NCBI GenBank assembly: GCA_965277715.1
Contig: OZ255836.1
Location: forward strand, 3,648,001 to 3,712,000
DNA: 64,000 nt
Direction of reading: 5' to 3'
Source of the DNA: Gammaproteobacteria bacterium
GTDB taxonomy: Bacteria; Pseudomonadota; Gammaproteobacteria; JBCCGL01
A model generated the notes under the pieces. The model ran no database searches. It saw nothing but the letters and a program-made list of their open reading frames with translations, and was not told the DNA's origin. How positions within the stretch are numbered: the first letter of the stretch is position 1; each line of letters opens with the position of its first letter. Position numbers and translations under genes: made by a program. Below, piece after piece: positions 41,713-52,492 of the stretch.

Positions 41713-42234
41713 TCAATTGATGGCCTGTAACCTATCTGAATATATTTTTCGCTTGGCAATATAAGCATCGGCTGCATCGCGCAGCAATTGGGCCGCTGCC
41801 GGGCCAACAGCACGTTTAATTCTTGCCGGTGACCCCAGCACCATACTGCCATCGGGTACTTGCATGCCCTCGGTAACCAGTGCATTGGCACCGATAAGGC
41901 AGTCTTTACCGATTATGGCGCCATTGAGCACGACCGCGTTGATGCCGATCAGCGTGCCATCGCCAATGCGACAACCGTGCAGCATGGCTTTGTGGCCGAC
42001 GGTGACTCTTTTACCGATCACCATTGGCCAGCCGGGGTCGACGTGGAGTACGCACCCGTCCTGAATATTAGAACCGCGACCGATAATGATGCTGTCGTTA
42101 TCGGCGCGCACCACCGCCTGAAACCAGATAGATACCTCTGGCGCCAGTGTTACATTGCCAACCAGCGTGGCTGTGGGGGCAATATAACAATCTTCGGCAA
42201 TGTTGGGTGTGAGATTGTCCAGTTGATAGATCAC
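41713..42234 (-). CDS. Gamma carbonic anhydrase family protein
   Basis: Hexapeptide repeats, NIQDGCVLH, VGHKAMLHGC; start reassigned to GTG 42234 (MIYQLDNLTP). Confidence 0.9.
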   Translation of the reverse strand: MIYQLDNLTPNIAEDCYIAPTATLVGNVTLAPEVSIWFQAVVRADNDSIIIGRGSNIQDGCVLHVDPGWPMVIGKRVTVGHKAMLHGCRIGDGTLIGINAVVLNGAIIGKDCLIGANALVTEGMQVPDGSMVLGSPARIKRAVGPAAAQLLRDAADAYIAKRKIYSDRLQAIN

Positions 42235-42383
42235 GGTGGGGATTCCAGTCAGTGGTTGTTGGGTTGAGACTTGATCTGGCGATCGGTCGAATTGTAGCGG
42301 GAGTACATTAGACATTTGTAGTAGATTAGACGGATTATTAGGATAATACAGGTTAATTTCCAGAGACGAGAACAGGTGTAGCG

Positions 42384-42650
42384 ATGGCAGGTGGTTGGGC
42401 GCGTGATGGGGCGGTACAGGATCAAATCGATGCCAGTGTTGCGGATGCGGTAAAACGCGCCCGCAGCCAGCTACCACTCGGGGAGGGGTTAAGTGACTGT
42501 GAGGAATGTGGTGTGGAAATTCCTGAAGCGCGCCGCAATGCCATTCCCGGTGTCCGTTTATGCGTTAACTGCCAGGCCGAAGTGGATGAGCAGCAAAAGG
42601 CGCACAGCGGTTATAACCGCCGTGGCAGTAAAGACAGCCAGTTACGGTAA
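42384..42650 (+). CDS. ybiI: DksA/TraR family C4 zinc-finger protein (YbiI-like)
   Basis: MAGGWARDGAVQDQID, CEECG...CVNCQ, YNRRGSKDSQLR. Confidence 0.9.
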   Translation: MAGGWARDGAVQDQIDASVADAVKRARSQLPLGEGLSDCEECGVEIPEARRNAIPGVRLCVNCQAEVDEQQKAHSGYNRRGSKDSQLR

Positions 42651-42898
42651 ATTCTGAGTGAGCTGTGAACGCTTAATACAAGTAATGGTGCTTGCAGCAG
42701 TTACTTAATAAGCATTATGGTATACCTGTATACCGTATAAAGATTACTGTAAATGAGTAAGCAGTACGTATTCCCGATAAAACTTACGCACGATTGTAGG
42801 CGCTGGCAGCACAAAGTGGTGCTTGTTGTACGCATTGGAAACCGATCAGGTATATACCAATAGCCCCCTTTTCGCTTTATTTCTGAGCTCCCTTGTAA

Positions 42899-44071
42899 CT
42901 ATGGGTACGTTTTAACCGACGCTTTGGCGAGCAGGTGCACCACTGTTTCAAAATGATGGGTGCCTGGGAACATATCCATCAGGATTACACTTTCGATTGT
43001 AAAATGCTCGGTAAGTTGTGCCAGGTCACGCGCCAGGGTGGCCGGGGCGCAGCTTACGTAAACCATTTGCCTGGGGGTGAAGGCCCGCGCCCATTCGTGC
43101 AGGTTTTTGAACCCTTTGCGCGGTGGGTCGAGCAATAACAGGTCAAAGGAATTGCGCTGATGGTCTCTACGAAATTTTGTCAGCGCATTCTCTTTAAAGA
43201 GGTCGATCTGGACAAAATCGGCGTGCCTGCTCGCGGCAACCGAATCGATCATGATCCTTTTGCAATCCTGAGCGGTAGTATATTCCGACGATAAATTTCC
43301 ATCACCAGAAAACAAATCCAGCACCGACTTTGGTTTTGCGTCGTTGAGCAGTTTGTTCACATAAGTGCATAACAGCGCATTGATCTCTTCATGCACTTGG
43401 GTGAAACCACTGTGGGCATAGGGTTTATCCCATTCGATAGCGATCTCGCCCTGTTTAAAATAGAGCTCACAGTGGCCCTGGTCGTTGTGTGATTGTTGCC
43501 AATCGGGATGGGTATAGAGTGTGTCGAGCGCAGGGCGCAGTTCTTCGCGAATAATCTGGCAATGGGGGATTTCCACCAGCTTATCGTGCAGGCCATCGAC
43601 TAAACCAATCTGGCCGTTTCGGTAGTGAAGCTGGATACGGTTTCGGTAGGCGCTACGCTGTGGTGCCGGGACTACGCTGAGAGTCGTGGTGTCGAATGGC
43701 AGCTTTTGAAGGGCGCGCACCAGGGCGGTTTTTTTGTAGCTTAGCTCGCTGGCGTAATCGGTGTGCAGGTAGTGGCAGCCAGGGCATTGGTCGAAGTGTT
43801 CACAGAGTGGCTCTATGCGGTTTTCGGCAGGAGTGTCGAGTGATGCGAGCTGCGCAAATCGCACACCTTTTTTTGATTTTCGCAAGGTGGCGGTGCCACG
43901 CTCGCCCGGCAGGGTTTTTTCGATAAAAGTAATCGAGTCAGCCTGTTTGCAAACACCCTGACCTAGAGGGTCCATGTGTTGGATGTCGAAGTCGATGGGG
44001 GTATCGAGAAGCTGGGTACGTTTGCGTGCAGGTTTGATGATGTGTGCTCCGTTGACGATTGATGCGATCAA
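42899..44071 (-). CDS. TrmA/RlmD-family RNA m5U methyltransferase
   Basis: TRAM-like N-terminus, CEHFDQCPGC, FTQV, DPPRKG, YVSC, DMFPGTHHFE; start uncertain. Confidence 0.87.
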   Translation of the reverse strand: MIASIVNGAHIIKPARKRTQLLDTPIDFDIQHMDPLGQGVCKQADSITFIEKTLPGERGTATLRKSKKGVRFAQLASLDTPAENRIEPLCEHFDQCPGCHYLHTDYASELSYKKTALVRALQKLPFDTTTLSVVPAPQRSAYRNRIQLHYRNGQIGLVDGLHDKLVEIPHCQIIREELRPALDTLYTHPDWQQSHNDQGHCELYFKQGEIAIEWDKPYAHSGFTQVHEEINALLCTYVNKLLNDAKPKSVLDLFSGDGNLSSEYTTAQDCKRIMIDSVAASRHADFVQIDLFKENALTKFRRDHQRNSFDLLLLDPPRKGFKNLHEWARAFTPRQMVYVSCAPATLARDLAQLTEHFTIESVILMDMFPGTHHFETVVHLLAKASVKTYP

Positions 44072-44121
44072 CTAAGTGTAGGTAGCCGCGAAGTGTAACA
44101 TTTGTTTGCGGCTGTTTAGGG

Positions 44122-45450
44122 TTAACACACCAAATCGAGTAACCTGGCTGAGTTAAATGTGTCAGTGGTGACGGTGTGCACCATATGCTCAATGGCATCG
44201 GCACGCGCCTGGCCAAGCACCGGCACGGTAAACATCTGGTATTTATGGTGGATTTCCTCGTCGCTCAGTGGGTTATCCGGGTCACCTTTTGGGGTGCGTG
44301 GTGCCGATTGAATTTCCCGTCCGTCGTGTAAATACAGGGTGACATCGGCCCAGCGCGCTCCCTTGGATATGGCATTGTAATGCGCGGTTTCGACCAGTTC
44401 AGTGGCGTGGCTGAGGCGCAGGATCTCTTTATCTTGCAGTACTTCTTCACGCAATTCCTCTACGCCAATTTGTCCCCGCACGGCCATCATGGCCGCCGGG
44501 AAGGCGATGGCGTAGGTGAGTTCGTCGATATTTTTGGGTGCGTGCCCGGCCAGCCGGGTGGCTTCGTGGAATGTTTGAATGCGCATGCGCGCTATGTCGC
44601 TACTGGTTAGCTGGTGGGTTTTCATCAGGTCTTGAATTGCATCCAGTGATGAGTGCGCCCAGCGGCATACCGGATAGGCTTTGTAGTGGGTGCGCTCAAT
44701 TTCCCAGTGTTGGCCGAGTGTCTTGGCGTGTTCGGCTTCGATGGTGATGGCCGGTGCGCCGGTAAACCCCAGTTGCGCCATATAGGCCGCGCTGACGCCT
44801 GTGGGGGCGCCCCAGCCGACGCCATCGCGCAGCATAGTAGGGTGGTCGATGCAGCGCATCATTTGGCTGCGCGGGCCGTGGTATTCGGCGATACCCATCG
44901 CGTGCAGGGTTTGGCTTGCGTCGAGTTTTAACAGGCGTGCAGCGGCGGCGGCAATGCCAACGGCGGTCCAGGCGCCGGAGGTGTGGTAGTCGGCAACGGT
45001 GGCGTGCTGAGTCACCCCAGAACGGTAGGCAATTTCGTAGGCGACGGCCAGTGTTGTCAGCAGTTCTGTGCCAGAGATTGTGTGTCCTTCAGTGTTTAGC
45101 GCGTCGATAATGGCCAGCACCGAGGGCAGCACGGCTGAACCGGCGTGTCCTTTGCAGTCTGAATTGCCATCGTGGGCATCGATTGAATCGATGGTGAATG
45201 CACCGGCCATACTGGCGCCCATTGGACTGACGATTCGACCATCAAACAATAGACGCGATTTAGGGCCTGTCGCCGATGCGGCCATATGGCTGTTGGCAAA
45301 TTCACGCACAATCGATGAAATTTTGCTTTGGCTACCAATTGCAGCAACGCCAAGGGTGTCGAGTAAGCTGCGCTGCATAATATCCTTAACGGATTGTGGG
45401 AGTGCAGCGTAATCGAGCTGGTGGATAAAATGGATAAGGGTGTTTTGCAT
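44122..45450 (-). CDS. MmgE/PrpD family protein
   Basis: LLDTLGV, DAHDG..GH, YKAYPVCRWAH, KGDPDNPLS. Confidence 0.88.
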   Translation of the reverse strand: MQNTLIHFIHQLDYAALPQSVKDIMQRSLLDTLGVAAIGSQSKISSIVREFANSHMAASATGPKSRLLFDGRIVSPMGASMAGAFTIDSIDAHDGNSDCKGHAGSAVLPSVLAIIDALNTEGHTISGTELLTTLAVAYEIAYRSGVTQHATVADYHTSGAWTAVGIAAAAARLLKLDASQTLHAMGIAEYHGPRSQMMRCIDHPTMLRDGVGWGAPTGVSAAYMAQLGFTGAPAITIEAEHAKTLGQHWEIERTHYKAYPVCRWAHSSLDAIQDLMKTHQLTSSDIARMRIQTFHEATRLAGHAPKNIDELTYAIAFPAAMMAVRGQIGVEELREEVLQDKEILRLSHATELVETAHYNAISKGARWADVTLYLHDGREIQSAPRTPKGDPDNPLSDEEIHHKYQMFTVPVLGQARADAIEHMVHTVTTDTFNSARLLDLVC

Positions 45451-45634
45451 GGCGCGCTAATGAGGAGGCCTGTGATGGGGGCATCTAAACAGTTTCAGTT
45501 ATCGCCGGGCTGCCTGGCTTCGTCGCGCCTTGTTCAACAGGCGGCAGGCATAGCCGCCTGTCTGTTTGGAGAAATGGTTTCGATAGAGCAAGGGCTGGCT
45601 CCCTCTCTTTTTATACAGAGAGGGAGCGGGGTGT

Positions 45635-46921
45635 TTACGCCGGGTAGTCGCGGTGTGTCGGGCCGGTATAAATTTGTTGTGGCCGACCGATACGGGCCTC
45701 TGGATCCGTTTGCATTTCCAACCAGTGGGAGATCCAGCCAACGGTGCGCGCCATGGCAAAGATCACTGTGAACATATTCAGTGGCAACCCCATTGCACGC
45801 AGAATCAACCCCGAGTAGAAATCCACATTAGGGTACAGTTTGCGTTCTTGAAAATAATCGTCTTCAAGGGTTTTTTGCTCCAGCTCGACGGCCATTTCAA
45901 ACATGGGCTGGTCACCGCCCATTTCCGCCAGCAGTTCGTGGCACATTTCACGGATTATGGTGGCGCGGGGGTCAAAGTTTTTGTAAACGCGATGACCAAA
46001 ACCCATCAACCGGAAGGGATCGTTCTTATCCTTGGCGCGGGCGATGGTGCTGTCGATGGTTTCACCGGAAGCGGAGATAGCGTTGAGCATATGAATAACT
46101 GCTTCGTTGGCGCCGCCGTGTGCCGGCCCCCAGAGTGTGGCGACCCCGGCGGCAATGCAGGCAAATGGGTTGGCGCCAGAGCTACCCGCCAGGCGCACCG
46201 TCGAGGTCGAGGCGTTTTGCTCATGGTCGGCGTGCAGAATGAGGATAAGTTCAAGCGCTTTTGTCATGGTAGCTGAGGGTTGGTAATCCTTATCTGGGCG
46301 CACGCCAAACATCATATGCAGAAAGTTGGCCGAATAGTCGAGGTCGTTACGCGGGTACATAAACGGCTGACCGAGGTAATGTTTGTAGCAGTAGGCAGCC
46401 AGTGTTGGCATTTTGGCGATGAGCCGGTGGGCGGCGATTTTGCGGTGTTCGGGGTTATTGATGTCGAGCGAATCGTGGTAGAAGGATGACATGGCCCCAA
46501 CGACGCCGCATAACATCGACATTGGGTGGGCATCATAGTGAAAACCGTTGAAAAACTCTTTGATACCTTCGTGCACCATTGTGTGGTGGGTGATCGTATT
46601 GTCGAACCCTGACATTTGATCTTTATCCGGTAGCTCGCCGTAGAGCAACAGATAACACACTTCGAGGTAGGTGCTGTGTTTGGCGAGTTGTGCTATTGGG
46701 TAGCCACGGTATAACAGTTCCCCCTTATCACCATCGATGTAAGTGATGGCACTGCGACAACTGGCGGTTGATGCGTACCCCGGGTCGTAAGTAAAGTACC
46801 CCAGCCCGCTCTTGAGCTTGCGTACATCAATGGTAGGCGCCCCCAGAGAACCTTGTTCGACGGGTAATTCTACCTTCTTGTCGGCATTTTTATCGTGGAT
46901 CGTTATCGATTGCTTCGTCAT
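45635..46921 (-). CDS. gltA: Citrate synthase
   Basis: [45 protein letters not shown]. Confidence 0.97.
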   Translation of the reverse strand: MTKQSITIHDKNADKKVELPVEQGSLGAPTIDVRKLKSGLGYFTYDPGYASTASCRSAITYIDGDKGELLYRGYPIAQLAKHSTYLEVCYLLLYGELPDKDQMSGFDNTITHHTMVHEGIKEFFNGFHYDAHPMSMLCGVVGAMSSFYHDSLDINNPEHRKIAAHRLIAKMPTLAAYCYKHYLGQPFMYPRNDLDYSANFLHMMFGVRPDKDYQPSATMTKALELILILHADHEQNASTSTVRLAGSSGANPFACIAAGVATLWGPAHGGANEAVIHMLNAISASGETIDSTIARAKDKNDPFRLMGFGHRVYKNFDPRATIIREMCHELLAEMGGDQPMFEMAVELEQKTLEDDYFQERKLYPNVDFYSGLILRAMGLPLNMFTVIFAMARTVGWISHWLEMQTDPEARIGRPQQIYTGPTHRDYPA

Positions 46922-46987
46922 GGTTTTTACTCCGAACAGAGGGTCTTGATGTGTTGCAAACAAATCATACAAGGCAGTTGTTTATCT

Positions 46988-47230
46988 TTACATAGCCTGT
47001 GTAAACGATTGATCTGGATCGGGTTGTGGCATTTTCATTGTGTTGTGCAGTATTAACCGGGCTGACTCGAACTCCGCTTTCGCCACTTTCAGCGCATACT
47101 CGTAAGGCCCCCGGTTAGGGATGCTGCGGTGCTTATTTTTTCTGTACAACGAAAGTGAACGCTTGAGAATAGCGAGGCGTTCTTCGTAGTGTTTGCGAGC
47201 GGACTCAAGCTCAACGGAGTGAACGGCCAT
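46988..47230 (-). CDS. Hypothetical protein (80 aa, helical)
   Basis: ATG-started ORF filling the gap upstream of gltA; no family recognised. Confidence 0.5.
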   Translation of the reverse strand: MAVHSVELESARKHYEERLAILKRSLSLYRKNKHRSIPNRGPYEYALKVAKAEFESARLILHNTMKMPQPDPDQSFTQAM

Positions 47231-47507
47231 CGTCTAATACTTTCGCAATTGAGGGGCTGGTAATGACATAGGCAAAAAAGGCAACCAGTTTCCAGTTATT
47301 TTATCTTTAGGAATATATCAAAAAAACAATGCGTTGGCGATTGCTCCAGCAGTTGGTATGCGCGGTATTTTGATGGCAAATCCAGCTCTTAATATATTAT
47401 ATATAGACAAAAAACGCTCAAAATAATAGCTAAATTTCGGCATATTTCGGTTTGTGGCGGTGGACTCTAGCGTAAAATACTTACCCTCCTGATCCACGGA
47501 GTTACCT

Positions 47508-48719
47508 ATGTCATCAATCAATAAAGTCGTGCTCGCCTATTCGGGTGGGCTGGATACGTCGATTATTCTCAAGTGGCTGCAAGATGAGTACCAGTGTGAG
47601 GTGGTTACTTTTACAGCGGATATTGGCCAGGGCGAAGAAGTAGAGCCCGCGCGCGCCAAAGCGACGGCGATGGGCGTTAGCGAGATTTATATCGATGATC
47701 TACGCGAGGAGTTTGTGCGTGATTTTGTGTTTCCGATGTTTCGCGCCAATACCCTGTACGAGGGCGAATACCTGCTGGGTACCTCGATTGCCAGACCATT
47801 GATTGCCAAGCGTCTTATTGACATTGCCAATCAGACAAATGCCGATGCCATTTCTCACGGCGCGACGGGTAAGGGTAACGACCAGGTGCGCTTTGAGCTG
47901 GGTGCCTACGCATTGCGGCCCGATATTCGCGTTATCGCCCCGTGGCGGGAGTGGGATATGAGCTCGCGTGAATCGCTAATGAGCTATGCCGAAAAACACC
48001 AGATTCCCATCGAAAAAAAGCAGGGCGGGAAGTCGCCGTATTCGATGGATGCCAATTTACTGCATATCTCTTACGAAGGCGGGGTGCTCGAAGACCCCTG
48101 GTGTGAAGGTGAGGAGGCCATGTGGCAGTGGACAGTCTCCCCGGAACTGGCCCCGGATACGCCGCGCTATATTGAGCTTGGCTATCTGAACGGTGATATT
48201 GTCACTATCGATGGCGAGGTGATGTCCCCTGCCACCGTATTGGAAACCCTTAATAAGGTCGGTGGGGAGCACGGTATTGGCCGTGCGGATATTGTCGAAA
48301 ACCGCTATGTTGGCATGAAGTCACGCGGTTGTTACGAGACACCGGGGGGGACCATTATGCTTAAAGCACACCGCGCAATGGAGTCGATAACGCTGGATCG
48401 CGAAGTGGTGCACCTCAAGGATGAACTGATGCCACGTTACGCAAAGGTTATCTACAATGGCTATTGGTGGAGCCCGGAGCGGCGCATGTTGCAGGCGGCG
48501 ATTGATCAATCGCAGGCGTATGTCAACGGTGTTGTGCGCTTGAAGTTGTACAAAGGCAGTGTGACCGTTGCCGGTCGTCATTCCGACGATTCACTGTTTG
48601 ATCAGAACATTGCCTCGTTCGAGGAAGACGATGGCGCCTATAACCAGGCCGATGCCGAAGGCTTTATCAAACTTAATGCATTGCGTTTGCGTATTGCCGC
48701 ACGTCGACGCAGTATGTAG
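47508..48719 (+). CDS. argG: Argininosuccinate synthase
   Basis: [37 protein letters not shown]. Confidence 0.97.
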   Translation: MSSINKVVLAYSGGLDTSIILKWLQDEYQCEVVTFTADIGQGEEVEPARAKATAMGVSEIYIDDLREEFVRDFVFPMFRANTLYEGEYLLGTSIARPLIAKRLIDIANQTNADAISHGATGKGNDQVRFELGAYALRPDIRVIAPWREWDMSSRESLMSYAEKHQIPIEKKQGGKSPYSMDANLLHISYEGGVLEDPWCEGEEAMWQWTVSPELAPDTPRYIELGYLNGDIVTIDGEVMSPATVLETLNKVGGEHGIGRADIVENRYVGMKSRGCYETPGGTIMLKAHRAMESITLDREVVHLKDELMPRYAKVIYNGYWWSPERRMLQAAIDQSQAYVNGVVRLKLYKGSVTVAGRHSDDSLFDQNIASFEEDDGAYNQADAEGFIKLNALRLRIAARRRSM

Positions 48720-48754
48720 GTTTACCCCCACCGATTTATATAGTAGAGATACCC

Positions 48755-49672
48755 ATGACCGAATTCAATTTACATGCCCGTGGCGAAAAGGGTAACACCC
48801 CAACATTGAGTGAGTGGGGCGCCGACAGTGATTACGGTGTATTGCGCGATATTTTACTGGGGCCAGTGGCGCATTATCAGTGGCTGAAAACCAGTTCGGT
48901 GTCGAAAAAGAGCATTCGTCGTGGCTATCAGTTTGACAGTGACGTGGCCTGCGCCCAGCATGCCGAGATGGTGGATGCCTACCGGTCGGCGGGGGTCAAT
49001 GTGCATTTTCTCGAAGCCGATCCGCAGTTGCCGTATCAGGTGTTTGCGCGGGATTCCTCGGTAATGACACCCTATGGTGCGTTTATTACCAACATGTCGC
49101 AGTGGTGGCGGCGAGGGGAAAATTTCCGCGCTATTGAGACGTACCAGAAATTAGGCATCCCCGTTTACGATTATGTGACCGCAGGTTGCTTTGAAGGGGG
49201 AGACTTCGACATTATCGAGCCGGGCTGTGTACTAATTGGTTGGGAAGGGGAAGAGGGGCGCTCGCAGGAATCAGCCGCGCTGCAAATCAAATCCTGGTTT
49301 GACCAGGAGGGTTGGGAGGTCAAGTTGATTGATATTGACCCCTTCTACGTGCATATCGATTTAATGGTAGTGATGGTTGCCCCCAAACTGGCAGCGGTTT
49401 GTCTGGAGTGCACCGACCCGGATGTGGTTCGTTGGTTGCGGGATAAAAATATCGAGATTATCCCCGTGCCGTTTCAGGATACGCTGGCCCTGGGGTGCAA
49501 TGTTGTCGCGCTGGGGAATGACCGTGTGTTATTACCGGCCAAAAGCCAGTATTTGAAAGAGCAACTGCGCGCACGCGGTTTTGAAATCTACGACCCGGAT
49601 GTCGAGATGATTACCTTTGGTGGCGGTGGTGTGCACTGTATGTGCCAGCCTTTGCGCCGGGACCCAGGGTAG
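48755..49672 (+). CDS. Amidinotransferase / dimethylarginine dimethylaminohydrolase (pentein) family protein
   Basis: VFARDS, FEGGD, YVHID, GGGVHC catalytic motifs. Confidence 0.87.
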   Translation: MTEFNLHARGEKGNTPTLSEWGADSDYGVLRDILLGPVAHYQWLKTSSVSKKSIRRGYQFDSDVACAQHAEMVDAYRSAGVNVHFLEADPQLPYQVFARDSSVMTPYGAFITNMSQWWRRGENFRAIETYQKLGIPVYDYVTAGCFEGGDFDIIEPGCVLIGWEGEEGRSQESAALQIKSWFDQEGWEVKLIDIDPFYVHIDLMVVMVAPKLAAVCLECTDPDVVRWLRDKNIEIIPVPFQDTLALGCNVVALGNDRVLLPAKSQYLKEQLRARGFEIYDPDVEMITFGGGGVHCMCQPLRRDPG

Positions 49673-49673
49673 A

Positions 49674-49808
49674 GGGTGAAGGGTGAAGGGTGAACTTTAA
49701 TGTAACGAACTAATAGCAATCCTCACCAAAATCTGCAAAAAACTAAAAGAAAAACGCAAATAACAGCCCCCCACCAAATATCACCCTTCACCCCTCACCC
49801 TTCACCCT
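49674..49808. repeat. Inverted heptamer arrays (GGGTGAA)3 ... (TCACCCY)4
   Basis: Visible directly at 49674-49694 and 49781-49808. Confidence 0.85.
49701..49763 (+). pseudogene. C-terminal remnant of a four-helix-bundle (23S rRNA IVS protein-like) gene
   Basis: Reads CNELIAILTKICKKLKEKRK-stop, resembling the last helix of this family; enclosed by heptamer arrays. Confidence 0.6.
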
Positions 49809-49841
49809 TTAAAATACCTACCCCAAAACAGAGTCACCGCA

Positions 49842-51125
49842 ATGCGTGCCGCCACTGAAGTAACCAATAACGACGTATACCATTACATGCAGAGGCTTGG
49901 CGCACGCGCACGCGTGGCCAGCCGTGCTATCGCCAGTGCCAGCACGGCAGATAAGAACGCTGCGTTATTGGCCATCGCCGAGGCTATCGAAAGTAACCGC
50001 GCAGTATTGCGCCGAGAAAATGCGCGTGATCTCGACACCGGGCGCCGCAATCAACTTGCGGCTGCGTTGCTGGATCGTCTGGAGCTGAACGATGCGCGCA
50101 TTGCGGGCATGGCCAATGGGTTGCGCCAGATTGCCCAGTTGCCTGATCCGGTGGGCCAAATCAGTGATATGAGCTACCGACCCTCGGGGTTGCAGGTGGG
50201 GCGTATGCGCGTACCGCTGGGCGTGATTGGTATTATTTATGAATCGCGGCCCAATGTTACCGCCGATGCGGCGGCGCTGTGTTTGAAATCGGGTAATGCG
50301 ACGATTCTGCGAGGGGGGTCTGAGGCCATTCACTCCAACCGCGCTATTGCCGCCTGTATTGGCGAGGGTTTGCAAAATGCCGGTTTGCCTGCCGACAGTG
50401 TGCAGGTGGTGGAAACCACCGAGCGCGCCGCAGTTGGTGAGTTGATTTCGATGAACGATTACATCGATATTATTATCCCGCGTGGCGGTAAAGGTTTGAT
50501 CGCACGGATTAGCCGCGAGGCCACCGTACCGGTGATCAAACACCTCGATGGTATCTGCCATGTTTATATCGATGCATATGCCGACCCGGAAAAAGCCGTG
50601 GCCGTCGCCGTTAACAGCAAAACCTATCGTTACGGCATTTGTGGTGCGATGGAGACGTTGCTGATCGATGGGGCCGTGGTCGAACAGGTATTGCCCGCCA
50701 TCGCCGAACAATTGCACGCGCTGGGTGTCGAGCTGCGAGGGTGTCAGCGCTGCTGTGCACTTATCGACGGTATGGTAAAGGCCGATGCGCAGGACTGGTG
50801 CACCGAGTACCTTGCACCCGTACTCTCGGTGCGGGTGGTCGACGGTATTGAGGCGGCGATGCAGCATATCGCGCAGTATGGCTCTGGACACACCGATGCC
50901 ATTATTACGGACAACCTCAACCAGGCGCAGCGGTTTATGCGGGAGGTGGATTCCAGTTCAGTGATGGTCAATGCCGCCACTTGCTTTGCCGATGGCTTCG
51001 AGTATGGTCTCGGTGCAGAAATAGGCATCAGTACCGATAAACTGCATGTGCGCGGCCCGGTAGGTGTCGAGGGTTTAACGACACAAAAATATATTGTGAT
51101 TGGCCAGGGCACGGTTCGCCGTTAA
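49842..51125 (+). CDS. proA: Gamma-glutamyl phosphate reductase
   Basis: [38 protein letters not shown]. Confidence 0.97.
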   Translation: MRAATEVTNNDVYHYMQRLGARARVASRAIASASTADKNAALLAIAEAIESNRAVLRRENARDLDTGRRNQLAAALLDRLELNDARIAGMANGLRQIAQLPDPVGQISDMSYRPSGLQVGRMRVPLGVIGIIYESRPNVTADAAALCLKSGNATILRGGSEAIHSNRAIAACIGEGLQNAGLPADSVQVVETTERAAVGELISMNDYIDIIIPRGGKGLIARISREATVPVIKHLDGICHVYIDAYADPEKAVAVAVNSKTYRYGICGAMETLLIDGAVVEQVLPAIAEQLHALGVELRGCQRCCALIDGMVKADAQDWCTEYLAPVLSVRVVDGIEAAMQHIAQYGSGHTDAIITDNLNQAQRFMREVDSSSVMVNAATCFADGFEYGLGAEIGISTDKLHVRGPVGVEGLTTQKYIVIGQGTVRR

Positions 51126-51198
51126 ACTAGGAATCCGACAGGCTCCTGGCAAGCAGTCAGTCGTTAATCTATTTACCTTACAGTTCAGGAGAGCTTTT

Positions 51199-51417
51199 AT
51201 GAGTACACAACAAAAACGCACCGCGCAGCAACGGCGGGAAGTATTGAACAGCCCCCTGTTGCGCAAGTCTGGTGTCCATCAAAAATCCCGAAAGGTAGTG
51301 CGCCGGGACGATAAAATGGCATTGCGACGTCAGTACTGCCCGCAAAGCACATGGCAGTGTGCTTTGCGGGCAGTATTGGTTTTGTTGGTGGTTACCGCGA
51401 GCCAAGCCCGCTTTTAA
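51199..51417 (+). CDS. Small basic protein (72 aa), candidate ArfA-like ribosome rescue factor
   Basis: RBS AGGAG before ATG 51199; MSTQQKRTAQQRREVLNSPLLRKSGVHQKSRKVVRRDDKMALRRQ... with hydrophobic tail; function inferred only. Confidence 0.6.
   Translation: MSTQQKRTAQQRREVLNSPLLRKSGVHQKSRKVVRRDDKMALRRQYCPQSTWQCALRAVLVLLVVTASQARF
51331..51386 (+). terminator. 21-bp hairpin inside the small basic ORF (terminator or RNase III-type site)
   Basis: cagtactgcccgcaaagcaca-tggcag-tgtgctttgcgggcagtattg followed by gttttgtt. Confidence 0.7.
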
Positions 51418-51418
51418 T

Positions 51419-52072
51419 ATGCCACTGCAACGTATTGGTGTGCTGGGGGGCACGTTCGATCCGGTGCATTTTGGCCATTTGCGTTTTGCGGTCGAGTTTC
51501 GCGATAGGCTTTTTGCCGATGGAGGCGACAGTTGTATCCACTTAATTCCCTGCCATATTCCACCGCACCGCGATCAACCTATCGCAACCGCACAGCAACG
51601 CCTGGAAATGTTGCGGCAGGCGATTGGTGGGCGGCCCGGTTTTCGTGTTGATTCACGCGAGCTGGATTCACAGCGACCCTCTTTCTCAATCGACACGCTG
51701 TTGTCATTGCGCAATGAATTTCCCGCTGCGCAGCTAATATTGGCGATTGGTATGGATGCGTTTGCCGGTTTTCGCCGCTGGCACCGCTGGCAGGATATTT
51801 TGCAGGTGGCCTGTTTGTTGGTGAGTACCCGGCCCGGCGTGCATGGGACGCTGGAGAATAGTGTGATCCGGGAGAATGAATGGGCGCGGCAGCGCCTGGT
51901 CGCACCAGAGCAACTGCACAAAGCGGGGCAGATTGCTGTACTGGAGATGACACCGCTGGCCATTTCATCGAGCGCAATCCGGTCTGTTATTGCAGCGAAC
52001 GGCTCGGTGGATTTTTTATTGCCGGCGTGTGTCGCCGCGTATATCACTGCACATAACCTTTATCGGTGTTGA
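51419..52072 (+). CDS. nadD: Nicotinate-nucleotide adenylyltransferase
   Basis: GGTFDPVHFGH, PPHR, IGMDAF, ISSSAIR; start reassigned to ATG 51419. Confidence 0.95.
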   Translation: MPLQRIGVLGGTFDPVHFGHLRFAVEFRDRLFADGGDSCIHLIPCHIPPHRDQPIATAQQRLEMLRQAIGGRPGFRVDSRELDSQRPSFSIDTLLSLRNEFPAAQLILAIGMDAFAGFRRWHRWQDILQVACLLVSTRPGVHGTLENSVIRENEWARQRLVAPEQLHKAGQIAVLEMTPLAISSSAIRSVIAANGSVDFLLPACVAAYITAHNLYRC

Positions 52073-52105
52073 TACAATGCCGGGAATCGTTACATCAAGG
52101 GCTTT

Positions 52106-52486
52106 ATGAACACAGAACAACTCACCTCACTCGCCAGGCAGGCGCTGGATGACCTCAAGGGGCTCGATATCAGTGTGCTGGATGTGCGCGAAAAAACCAG
52201 CGTTACGGACACGATGGTTATCTGTACAGGCAGCTCGGTACGCCATGTTAAATCGCTCGCCAACGAAGTGATCGTCAACTCCAAACAGGCCGGTTTTACC
52301 CCGCTGGGCAGTGAGGGCGAAGATCAGGGTGATTGGGTACTGGTCGATCTCGGCGATGTGGTGGTGCATGTGATGACAGAGAAAACGCGCAATTTCTACA
52401 GCCTGGAGAAACTGTGGAGTATCGGCGGCGACGATACTGATAACCAAAACGTATTGGAACCCAACCGCATACACCAGCAAAGATAA
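52106..52486 (+). CDS. rsfS: Ribosome silencing factor
   Basis: [23 protein letters not shown]...FYSLEKLW. Confidence 0.96.
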   Translation: MNTEQLTSLARQALDDLKGLDISVLDVREKTSVTDTMVICTGSSVRHVKSLANEVIVNSKQAGFTPLGSEGEDQGDWVLVDLGDVVVHVMTEKTRNFYSLEKLWSIGGDDTDNQNVLEPNRIHQQR

Positions 52487-52492
52487 CCCCTA

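Noticed and set aside
42660-42890. Possible short minus-strand ORF or ERIC-like element bounded by tatacc/ggtata
   Set aside because: Composition is not protein-like and the dyad symmetry is weak; insufficient support.
49965-50891. 308-aa antisense ORF and similar long shadow ORFs
   Set aside because: They lie entirely opposite well-supported genes (here proA) and are expected from codon bias.
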